Positions 53,901-64,000 of a DNA stretch of 64,000 bases are shown here, piece by piece (within the stretch, counting starts at the first letter, position 1; the number at the start of each line of letters is the position of its first letter). This DNA is from Psilocybe cubensis. Lineage: Eukaryota. The stretch lies in assembly GCA_017499595.2 (NCBI GenBank), contig CM039001.1, forward strand, positions 2,046,001 to 2,110,000, read 5' to 3'. The notes under the pieces were generated by a model. It saw nothing but the letters and a program-made list of their open reading frames with translations, had not been told where the DNA came from and ran no database searches. The position numbers were made by a program, and so were the translations under genes.

Positions 53901-55753
53901 CCAGAGGTCCTTCGGATCATACTGAAAATCGATTCCAGAATGAAGAACCCGAGCCAGAAGGTCCACGACGAAGCTTACGCATTCGCAAAGCTTCCTCGTA
54001 TGTGGAACGATTGAGAAGTGGTGTGGGAGTGCTCAGCGCAAGACGCAGCGATGGTGTACTGCCTGTAGGCATACAAGAAGCGCCAGAGCCTTCGGAGACG
54101 GGTGGAGTTGCGGATGGCGAGGAGGATGCTTGGGAATTGGTCGAGGCGGCGGAGTATGCAATGGCAGCGGTTATGGAGGGAGCAGAAGGTTTAACACCTA
54201 CATTTGAGGAGGCGAGGAAGCGTGCAGACTGGCCTAAATGGGAGATCGCAATCAAGGAGGAGCTCGATTCGTTGAAGCGAAACGGCACTTACGAGCTCGT
54301 ACAGCGACCCAAGGATGCCAACGTCACCAAATGTCGATGGGTTTTGCGTATCAAGAAGAATGCAGCCGGCGAAATCGAAAAATACAAGGCACGTCTAGTC
54401 GCTAAAGGTTTCACTCAAATTCATGGCGTAGATTATTACGAGACGTATGCACCTGTTGCTCGTTTCGCATCTTTTCGACTCCTTCTTGCTCTTGCTGCGC
54501 GGAACGACTGGATTGCAGATATCATTGACTTCGATTCAGCGTACCTTAACAGCAAATTGGGTCCAAACGAGAAGGTATTTCTTGAACAACCACCCGAGTT
54601 CGCCGTCCGCAACAGTCGTGACTGGGTTTGGCGCTTAAACAAGACGTTATACGGCTTGAAACAGGGCGCTAAAAACTGGTACGACGCACTTTGTAAAGCT
54701 CTCGCTGATTTGGGGTTCGTAAGAACGGATGCAGACCATGGAGTCTTCGTAAAGAAGATTGGCTCCGATATCATTATCCTTGCAGTACACGTCGACGATT
54801 GCCTGCTTGTTGGGAGCTCTAGGAAGCAGATTAACGAATTCAAGAAGCGAATGAATCGTATCTACAAGCTCACCGACTTAGGCGCCGTGAACTGGCTCTT
54901 GGGGATCAAGATCACTCGAGATTTCGTCAACCACACCATTTCCCTATCCCAGGACGCATACATCAACTCTATCATTGCGCGATTCAATTTTAACGACTTG
55001 AAACCGTCGTCTATCCCTATGGATCACACAGTTACGCTCTCAAAATCGCAATCCCCCACGAAGATCGCAGACATCATCAAGATGCAGCAAATTCCGTACC
55101 GTGAGGCGGTCGGATCCCTGATGTATGCAGCGATGGGCACTCGCCCTGATATCGCATTTGCAGTGTCCACAGTGGCACAATTCTCCGAGAACCCAGGTTG
55201 GGCTCATTGGGAGGCCGTGAAGCGAATCTTTCGCTATTTATTGGGCACTCGCTCATTGCAGTTGACGTACGGCGGCGAGAAGCGAGGAGTGGAAGGGTTC
55301 GTTGATGCTGACGGAGCATCCCAGGAGCACAGGCGTGCAATTTCCGGGTATGTTTTCATGGTTGACGGGGGAGCCGTTAGCTGGTCATCGAAGAAACAAG
55401 AGCTCGTTACACTGTCAACCACCGAGGCGGAATATGTCGCACAAACTCACGCTGCGAAGGAAGCCATTTGGCTTCGTGAACTCATCACTCAACTTTTCGG
55501 ACCTCTCGACGGTCCAACCATTTTATTTTCTGACAGCAAATCGGCCATTGCACTCGCACAAGACGGACACTATCATGCACGCACAAAACATATCGATATT
55601 CGCTACCATTTTATCCGCTACGTCATAGAGAAGGGCACGATCAAGTTGATCTACTGCCCCACAAATGACATGACGGCCGACATTCTCACCAAGGCGCTTC
55701 CTAGCGTGAAGGCCAAACATTTCGCTACCGCCCTCGGACTCAGCACGGTTTGA
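50981..55753 (+). pseudogene. Copia gag-pol polyprotein, a single frame interrupted by two in-frame TAG stops
   Basis: ORFs 50981, 51296 and 54002 share one frame; Zn knuckle CFNCKKRGHYKSEC, protease YDSGATRHM, HRRLGH..CESC, integrase SDLWGP/TDRGGEY/SERLNRT, RT KARLVAKG..HVDD, RNase H ADILTKAL; stops at 51284-51286 and 53810-53812. Confidence 0.92.
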
Positions 55754-55760
55754 GGGGGAG
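55752..55760 (+). other. Polypurine tract GAGGGGGAG
   Basis: Immediately precedes the 3' LTR and overlaps the pol stop codon. Confidence 0.9.
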
Positions 55761-56137
55761 TGTTGAATTTCTAACCGTGCCTTCGTAATGCACGCCCTTT
55801 TCTTGAATGATTATATTTTCTTGTTGTCTTATTTCTCCGTGATGACCTCAGTTTTAGTCTAGACCGTACGTAGACGGGTGCACGCATGAACAATACGTAC
55901 ACCGAGTAGGTCCGCATGGCTTGGGCATTTGCCCAGCCATTTTCGTATCACATATACCAGAACAATTTCGTCTCAACTCCCCTCAGTCTATTCTACATTG
56001 ACTGAGGTGAGTTGACCATCGTATTTACTGTTTCCCTTCGTATATTGACTTCGTGTAGCCATTATATTTGTTCAATAGGTACTATACACGAATATAAGTC
56101 TATTCTACATTGACTGAGCCATTATATTTGTTCAATA
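55761..56137 (+). repeat. 3' LTR (377 bp)
   Basis: Direct repeat of 50537-50913, followed by TSD CTCAC. Confidence 0.97.
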
Positions 56138-56344
56138 CTCACATCTATCAAACTCTTTCATCTTTTATCTGTGGTTCTGAAGAGCTTTTTAATTCGTCTC
56201 ATCCACCGCAAGATATCAAAAATTAAGTCATCAATGCGCAATGGATATACAATAAAATTGGAAGCATCAGGATGTTCAGAGAAAAAAGACCTGATAGTTG
56301 AATAGAAAAAATAGAAATTCCTTGATTATATAGTGGTAGATGTT

Positions 56345-57374
56345 TTATATCGGTGTGGCCTGACTTGTCGATGCTTGAGTTTCCAATGCGTCCACTGTCG
56401 GATGATTTTTATTCTTCTTTCGTCTTTTGCGTTTCTTCTTGGTAGGTGTCGATGGTGTCACAGGTTCATGGTCATTTTCGGGGTCACTAGGTGGTCCGTC
56501 TAAGTTAAGCAAAGGGATCTTCAACAAATCGAGAGGGAGGGTCTTTCGTGAACTCTTCGAAGGTGATTGTGCTGCGAGGGCTTCATGGGCCAAGTTTTTG
56601 GCATCTTCTATTCGTAACCATGCGGTAAGTAATTGTGAAGGCCAGGTATTAGTGTGCACACTTACCGTGAAGCGAGGGCGGCAACGTTTCTGAATTTGCA
56701 GGAGGTGTAGTCTGTTTTGTATCATCCACAATGTCCATAGGATTCAAAGATTTCGATCGCTTCTTTTTGGACTTGGGAGAAGTAACAACTTTGTCCGAAT
56801 CGCCAGGTCTATGGTCATCTCCAGTGTTTTCTGAGGTGTAAGCCTTCGTGGGTGACGCCGGGGGTGAAACTGGAGCCTCTAATTTCACACTGGCGGTGTC
56901 AGAGATCTTCTTTTTCTTCTTTTTTCCGTGGACCACATCAAACGGATCGAATCGGGCCTTTTTCTTGACGGCTATGACCTTGCTTTCATCTTCGTCGTCT
57001 GAAGCCACACTAGAGGGGACAGCATCGACCTCTTCCCTTGGGCGCTTGGAAGTCAGTTTACCTTTGAGACGTGCAACCTCTCGGGTCTGACTTTGCATGC
57101 CTTCCGGTATGGCAGCTCCCACACCTAGCCTTGACGATATCCAATCAATACTGTCATCCCGGCCTTGGTTAGGACACCACGCACCCTACCTAGGAGGTCT
57201 TTTCATATACTCGGTGATTTCTTGCTCGAGATGCTGTCTTCTCGAACTTTTCGGAAATTTATGAGGATCCATCCACGAGGTAACGAGGCTTTGTGCAAAC
57301 GACATGGACATGTCGATTTGGGCTTGAAGAGCCGCCGTATCCACGGAGTCATCGTCTAGTAGCTCTCCGTTCAT
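56345..57374 (-). CDS. Hypothetical Lys-rich, probably nuclear protein (DUF3245-like), about 3 exons
   Basis: Spliced LQAQIDMSMSFAQSLVTSWM...RPPRLGVGAAIP; NLS-like KKKKKK and KKKRKRRKK tracts; family call is tentative. Confidence 0.65.
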
Positions 57375-57528
57375 CGTATATATGTGTCCAGGACTGATGC
57401 AATTAAGATCTGTTCGATGCTGAAAGAAGTGTGTGATGGTTGTTGACTGTCAAGGTGTTTTTGTGAAGTTTTGGTGCCATGTTGTGAGATCAGGACAAAC
57501 TTTCGGCACGCGATCACTTATACCTTAT

Positions 57529-57874
57529 CACGCCGGACAAAAATGCTGACCAGTTAGCCTGGGTGTTGTCCTGACCAGTGACGTGACTAGTACGGTGACC
57601 GATTACATAGTGTCACAAATATGTTGTCACGCTAGTTCATTATTAGTAGGCTCGACAGTAAATGGCAAATTACTTGATTGTCTTGCGTTGGAACTCAGTG
57701 CGTAGTAAGAAGAAATACTAAACAATCAAGTAATATGTTATTTACTGTTGAGCCTACTAATAATGAATTAGCGTGACAATGTATGTGTGACACTATGTAG
57801 TTGGTCACGGTACTAGTCACGTCACTGGTCAGGACAACACCCAGGCTAACTGGTCAGCATTTTTGTCCGGCGTG
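57529..57874. mobile_element. 346-bp foldback / MITE-like element with ~153-bp inverted arms, possibly CMC-EnSpm-like
   Basis: Arms 57529-57681 and 57722-57874; outer 65 bp perfectly complementary; termini CACG...CGTG; flanked by TAT on both sides. Confidence 0.85.
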
Positions 57875-57920
57875 TATATGTAAGCGGTTTGACTCCTCTG
57901 ATTTATCCCATCACCCACTC

Positions 57921-59229
57921 ATGTCATCGTTCAAACGCAAGAGAGTGCAACTCGATGAATCTGATGAAGACGAGCCTGCATATGGAAAACAAATTCTTCC
58001 TGTTGCAAATCTACCAGCCGATTTCAACGATGAACCCATGGATGGGATGCAGTATCTCTTCATGGTGAGGTTAGTCATCTTAACTCTACCTCAAGGCCTT
58101 ACTTTTGACCTTTTATGTAGACGCGATGCTCGACTACTACCTGGAACTGTACGTGTAGAAAATCCTTATGAGAAACCATCACCTCCTGTGACCGAAGAGA
58201 GGTTCCTTGAATCGTTTGCTGGTCCTTCTCAGTTACCTCTTGAGAGTTGGCGGGAAACATTTGAATATCGCTTTCAAAACTTCCGCAGAGTGTGTTATAT
58301 TTTTCTCTGGAAATCTGCTTGTTGATACCACATCTAACATATACGTTTTACTTGAAGAATTTCAACCAGCCAACAATTCATGTGGGTGCCGCAACTCCTG
58401 GGCCTCGCGGACTGATGCCCGACAAAAAAGATAGGGACATGTGGTGGGCATTCTTGTCTGGACAACCTGAATCAGAGTGGAACCCAACAAAGAAAGCTAA
58501 GAATAAATCTAAACGCAATCCATCTGCTCTTGGAAGTATGTGTGCATGGACAGAAGGAAACCCGCAACAAGATTCTTCACCATCATCCCCATACAACACT
58601 TCGCAGCAGCTCGACGATGAAGGCGAGGTAGAGCAAGTGCTCAAAGTCAGTGCTGCTGAATCTTTACCCAGCCCTGCTGGCACGCCTGTCCCTCTCGAAT
58701 ACTTCGAGGGTCTCAGTCAACCTAGTTCAACGGTCAGCCCTCCTACTTCTCTACTTCCCGAAGACAAGTTGACTCCACGGGAACCCACATCTATCCTTCT
58801 AAAAATGATAGACGAGGTCTGTTTAAAAAACTTCCTCTCGCTGTAATTTGGGCTGACATAAGGTTATTGTTTCAGCGTGTAGCTTTGCATCTTCTGATGT
58901 ATTTTACTCATTGGATCAATCTCTATCTTAAAGAACCGGAACCACAACAACATCTGCCCACGGAATGCCATGCTAGATGGATATTTGTGCTATTATCAAG
59001 GATTGATGATTTTATATCATCCGATGATCTCCACCTTTTGCGCAATCTTGCTCGAGCGTGCCTGGCTTTGCTTGGGCATATCAAGAAGCAGCAACAAACT
59101 TCATCTTGCAAACCTCCATCAAAACGAATGGGTGAAAACGCCTGCTGGATTATCATTACGACAATTGCTGGAGTTTGGAAGCAAAGAGACCTCTGGATGG
59201 ATGCTGAGAGCATCTTAAAAAAACTGTGA
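57921..59229 (+). CDS. Gemin2/SIP1/Brr1-like snRNP assembly factor, multi-exon
   Basis: QILPVA..EPMDGMQYLFMVRRDA; ARWIFVLLSRID..LLRNLARAC; C-terminal IAGVWKQRDL. Confidence 0.75.
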
Positions 59230-59475
59230 AGCAGTAACCTGTCTACAAACTTCTACTTGACAATCTGTTGTGCCAACCCTTTGATGACTTAAAGGCCATT
59301 ATAAAAAATTAGTACCGCTGTATTCGTTACTTCTCATTTGTGGGTAGTAAACACGAGTACAAGCAAATACATGGATTTTGTACACGATACAATAGATATA
59401 CAAGGTAATAATAGGTTGTTACTATCTGACATATAGTAAGAGTAGGCTATTCATAATCATACACTTCATAGAATA

Positions 59476-60512
59476 TTAAGGGGCTTTTTCAGTTTCGAAA
59501 CGCGATGTTGGTTCTCGAACCATCTTTACCGATGAAAGAATTATTGCAAAGAAGTTAAGCACAAAAGGTCAAAACATACTATTGGCACAATGATGGGCTT
59601 GTCATTCCATTTTGAGTTGGAATCTCCCAGACAAACCTCTCCTACGATTCTAAATCCATGAGACATGTAGAAACTCGTATTGTTGGTGTTGCTGGATTGG
59701 AGCCACAATGCTTCCCCAGATGCATCGGCCTAGAATATCTTGAGAGCATATCTAACGAAATTAGAACAGCATCACATACAATCCTTGTAATAGACTCTAG
59801 AAGAGCGCCGCCATAACCTCTGCCTTGATGATGCGGGTCGGTGGCTAGTAAATTTACGTACGCCATTTCGCGAACACGGTCGCCTAGTGTTTCTGAGATG
59901 ACTTTCTCTGATTTGCGAGCAAACTCTTTGTTCCTCTGCAGTTAAGGAGAGCTCCCACCTGAAGAAGAGTGTTCTTCAACTAGAGCTACATACCTTCCGG
60001 GACTCTTTGACCGCAATATTTTTAACTGCTGCTGTGAGCAAGGTGGAAAGTAGATTTGTGATCGCATCGATTGGGTTTTTAGAACATGATTCAGGTGGCG
60101 TCCTTCAATTAGGTGTCAAGCTACAGTGTACTGATATTCGGAAATGAGGAAACTTACGCAACAATTATGGCTGTGCCAGAGTCGACTGTCAGGACCCACT
60201 TGGTCTGCATCCATAATCGCAGAAATGAGGTGCTAATGATCTGGTAAAGTGTTCGAGAAGGCTTTTGGCCCTACGAATCCACGTCAATAAAACACGTCAT
60301 TTTGAGTTCACCCGGATAGTTACAGCTCGAAGATATACGTTGAGAGGGTCTTCCAAGAAAGCATCAAACACCATGCCTGCTGCTTTCCAGGTGTCGCCTG
60401 CTCCGCCGCGGATTGTCTCAGTCATTCGAATAATTGAGGTATGGATCAAACCTGATCTCAAAGGCACGACTGTATCATGCAGAACTGAAACCTCCACTGC
60501 CCATGAAGTCAT
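59476..60512 (-). CDS. GNAT-family N-acetyltransferase, multi-exon
   Basis: DAFLEDPLNVY; acetyl-CoA motif A YVNLLATDPHHQGRGYGGALL; NTSFYMSHGF. Confidence 0.85.
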
Positions 60513-60992
60513 GTCCTGAGTGAGTAGTTTAAAGCCAGAGATTGCAATGCATGCTGGAAGGCCGTTTTATAGCGGATGCTTACTGCGGTCTGCGGCCTCC
60601 ATTCGGTGAATGTCAGAAGGGGTTTAACCTCGGCAAATACGGGGACCTAGCCGACTGACAGGATGATAAAACTTGGGTGCTCAATACCTCGAGAGCAAAG
60701 AGCGCGCATGAGCGGAGAATGTCTATGGATCAGTGCTAGCGTGGATGACGCCGTAAGACGGCCTGAAATAGCCATAGGTTTATTTGAGACCATGGAGGGA
60801 GCGTGTAAGGGATATTGTGAGCTCTGATGGATGGGTTGCTGCTGGAGGCATCACGTGGGTGAATTAAGGTCAGGGGCGTGGCGAATAAATAGATGACATG
60901 GTGAATTTTCACAAACCTTCATTTCGTTCCTCTTCCCTCGCCGTGTAATTTTTCATTCTTTATCTTCCCCTAATACTCTGCTCTCTCACGAA

Positions 60993-61745
60993 ATGCGCGC
61001 CGTCGCCGCCCTTCTCGCCTTTGCCTCCTCTGCACTTGCCTACTCCGTTCTCAGTCCCAACGGTGCTCAAGGATGGACCAACCAGGGTGCCCAACTGTTC
61101 GTTTCCGGCTTTTGTGCATACTGTTCCTAGCTAAACAAGTCCTACAATGTTCAGGTTGACGTGGCAGCGCGTAGATACCGACAGGCAAAACTTCACCGCC
61201 TTGTTGATCAACCAGGTTGGTGCCATTCATCTTCTGTTCCTCTATACCGTATATACTGCTTATGTGCACGTCCTTTCTCCCTAGAACATCACCGACTTTA
61301 AACCCCAAGTTCTGCAAGCTTTGGTCAACGGCACTGATGGTTCGGCTAGGCTGAACCCCCCTAGTGGCGGATGGCCTGTGGGCCCTCATTTCCGTGTCAA
61401 CCTCGTCCAAGATCCCAACAACCTCGACACCATCTTGGCTCAATCCCCCGAATTCACTATCAGTGTGTCTACCGCATCGGTTTCCTCAACGTGCGTGGTT
61501 CTCTCAATTTTTTCTGCGAAAACTAAGTTATGTATTTGGCTCAAACTTGTAGCGGCTCTAACACACTGGCCAATACCGGCGCTACGATTCCGAACACCGC
61601 GAGTGGTACCGTTCCTACTACACCTCCTGATGGCTCGTCTGCTTCAGACCCTATCACGGTTCCTACAAGCGCTGCCCTGCCTAGCTACAACGTTCAGGTT
61701 GTCCTTCTGGCATTCTTGTCGCTCATGGGATTCGTTCTCGCTTGA
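60993..61745 (+). CDS. Secreted Ser/Thr-rich, probably GPI-anchored cell-wall protein (Kre9/Knh1 N-terminal-like)
   Basis: Signal peptide MRAVAALLAFASSALA; FRVNLVQD..TILAQSPEFTI; S/T-rich stalk; hydrophobic C-terminus. Confidence 0.82.
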
Positions 61746-61840
61746 ACTAGCTAAATTTGTCCTTGCTCAAGGACGTCCTTTCTTTTCATTTGATTGCATT
61801 CTTAGGGTCATGCCTTATACCTTACTTGGGTCGGACAATC

Positions 61841-62438
61841 GTAAGATTGGGCTCATCAGAAACCAGCACCCTTACGTAATCAATGGGCTTGGCGCCAAGA
61901 GCGGCCAAAATCCAGCTCGAAAAAAAAATCAAAAGTTATGTTGACGGAAAATGGTTTCAGACAAAAAGTTTAAAAAAAAAAAATTCATAAATGTGCATAT
62001 ACAATCCTTACTACTAGCCTTTATGCCCACAATAATAGAATTACACCTCAGAGGTCAAATTGTAGTCTCTGGAAGTCCATAATGAGTCTGAGAGGTATTA
62101 CTTAGGCGTGACTTATTGTCACGTGTGGTCACGTGTACCATTATATAAGCGGCCAAAAGAACATTGTCAAATTTTCGAAAATCTCCCAAACTCGAGAAAA
62201 CACCATTTCTGACGTGTTAGACTAAAAAAAAAGGAAAAAAATTAAAATCTTTATAACTTCTTGAGATCAAAATTTTTTTGAAAAAAAAAACCACAGATGT
62301 GTTCAAAGAAGCATAACCTACATATCTGTGGTTCAAAAATGTAGAATAGTGTGAGTGCAGAAGGGTTGAAAAGGTTCGGAGGTAAGCCAACTTTTGCTTA
62401 CCTAAGGGGGTGCTGGTTCCTGATGAGCCCAATCTTAC
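61841..62438. mobile_element. ~600-bp non-autonomous DNA transposon (MITE-like) with 31-bp terminal inverted repeats
   Basis: GTAAGATTGGGCTCATCAGAAACCAGCACCC (61841-61871) matches the reverse complement of 62408-62438 with 1 mismatch; A-tract-rich non-coding interior. Confidence 0.75.
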
Positions 62439-62540
62439 TTACTTCTGCCTAAATCTATTGGATACTATGTACTTCATTACGTAGGACGTTCTTCCAATGT
62501 GATGGACAATTGCTTCTAGGCCGAGGTTGATAGGGTGCAA

Positions 62541-64000
62541 TTAGGGCATTGATCGCCTGCCGACCGCACCGAACCACGCTAGTCCAGCGCATCCGCCCGT
62601 CAGGATGGCAACGGGAGGAGGGGTTGAAAACCATTCTACTGCAATGAAAGTCGACGCAGCCACTACCACCCACCATGGCTCCTGGCCCAAACTGCTTCCT
62701 CTAGTGGCTGCAGGTGTTAGATATCCAATTTCCCATAGGCGATAGACAGCAGTAAAGATTAAGCCAACGGCGGTGGCATTTAATCCCCGCAAGATGCTGG
62801 ACACTTCTCTTCTTTTGCGTAATGACTGCCATATGCTCTGAAAGCCAATAGAAAGCCAAAGGCCTGGGGTGAAAATGCCCAAAAAGGCCACTATCGCACC
62901 AGCTATAGAAGGTGTCGAGGGTGACGAAAAAGGTCCTGCTGCCACAAGAGCTCCAAGATAAACAGCGAAATTGAAGTTTGGACCGGGCATCGCCTGGATA
63001 ACGGCGAGTCCAAGCAAGAAATCACGAGGAGAAACCCAGCCGGGGTCTACAACATAGTCTCGCAATAGAGGTATTACGACAGGCCCACCACCAAAAATGA
63101 TAGTCCCGGCCAGGAACATACTATTGAAGAGGGAAAGGAGGATGGGGACTGGGTGAAGGGCACTGCGAATGGAAATAAAAACGGCAAAGGTAACCACAAA
63201 TATTCCAATGACGCCGACACCTATATTTACCGGAATGGTGTGTCCTGAACGCTCAGTGTGCAGGACTTGTCGACTTTGTTCTTGCTCTTGTTCGGATGGC
63301 ACATTGGCATCAGAGTCGTTAGCAGTGGGTGTTGATGCTGTTTGTCTGCGATACGAAGCAGTGGCGCTTGTGTTGATGTTCTCTTTCTGAATACCGTCCA
63401 TTGGAATACTCTCAACTTCAGGACCGGTCTCCGGTTCATGGACGGACGTTCGCCTTCTGGTATTCCTCAAAACCTTCCACCTCCGTACCCAATTCTGGAC
63501 ATAAAAGTCCCAACCAAAAGTTGAAGATCCTCCTATAACAAGTAGCACAGGAAAATACCACAGAGCGTTATAACACATCCCCGCACAACCGCCCATCGTG
63601 ACCAATAATCTTGTCAAGGGATCCGTAATCGCCTTCCGGGAAAGTTGAACGGCAGAAAGGGCAATAATGCCAACAATGGAGGCATTTAGTCCAGAAAGGA
63701 GAGCGTAAGCGGGACGGGGAAGAGTGTCGTTGATTCTTTGGACGCCAAGGGATAGACCATACATCGCGATTCCAGCAGGAAATGACCATAGCAAGAAAGC
63801 AAGAAAAGCTGGTATTATTCCAGCATGTATCTGCACTATGTTGAACAACATTTTGGTTGAGGCCGGGCCAGGTAGCGCCTGTGATATCGCAAATAGTTCC
63901 TGATACTACAAGGCAACTATTTAGCGGAAAGCGGATTGTATTCATGGTGAGTTACTCTCACAGTTTGCTCATCTATCCACGGAGTTTTTCCTAGCCCATC
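62541..64000 (-). CDS. Chromate ion transporter (CHR family); 5' end lies outside the window
   Basis: ELFAISQALPGPASTK; second repeat GTIIFGGGPVVIPLL..FLLGLAVIQAMPGPNFNFAVYLG; GLNATAVGL. Confidence 0.92.

Larger units (their letters stand above)
50537..56137 (+). mobile_element. Full-length Ty1/copia LTR retrotransposon
   Basis: Two 377-bp LTRs, 5-bp TSD CTCAC (50532-50536 and 56138-56142), PBS, PPT, and gag-PR-IN-RT-RH domain order. Confidence 0.98.

Noticed and set aside
57801-57920. N-terminal extension of ORF 57801-58325
   Set aside because: It is a non-ATG start reading through the foldback arm; the plausible start is ATG 57921.

Overview
Gene-dense, intron-rich eukaryotic DNA from an agaric-type basidiomycete fungus. 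This is inferred from the many ~50-60 nt GT-AG introns with CTRAY-like branch sites and from the protein sequences; I cannot name the species. It holds about 25 mostly housekeeping genes: a Gfd2/QIP-like DEDDh nuclease, ceramide synthase, REX3, UPF0183/PHAF1, DPB2, FMP27/BLTP2, a DUF2985-like protein, URA3, PUS7, an MFS transporter, a GT32 MIPC synthase, an HSL-like hydrolase, CFT2, alpha-tubulin, a HAD phosphatase, SEC15, ARF1, a DUSP, a Gemin2-like protein, a GNAT, a GPI-anchored protein and a chromate transporter. There is also one full-length, recently inserted Ty1/copia retrotransposon (50537-56137; 377-bp LTRs, CTCAC target-site duplication) and two non-autonomous inverted-repeat elements. 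The main discovery is the copia LTR architecture. Each LTR carries an intron-interrupted segment followed by an exact pre-spliced copy of it. Splicing two predicted introns from the 5' LTR transcript would rebuild, base for base, the LTR end plus primer-binding site, which suggests how an LTR could keep spliceosomal introns through reverse transcription. A second highlight is a 346-bp foldback element in a bidirectional promoter whose eight transition mismatches are all G-U compatible on one strand. Gene coordinates are start-to-stop spans including introns and were assembled by eye.
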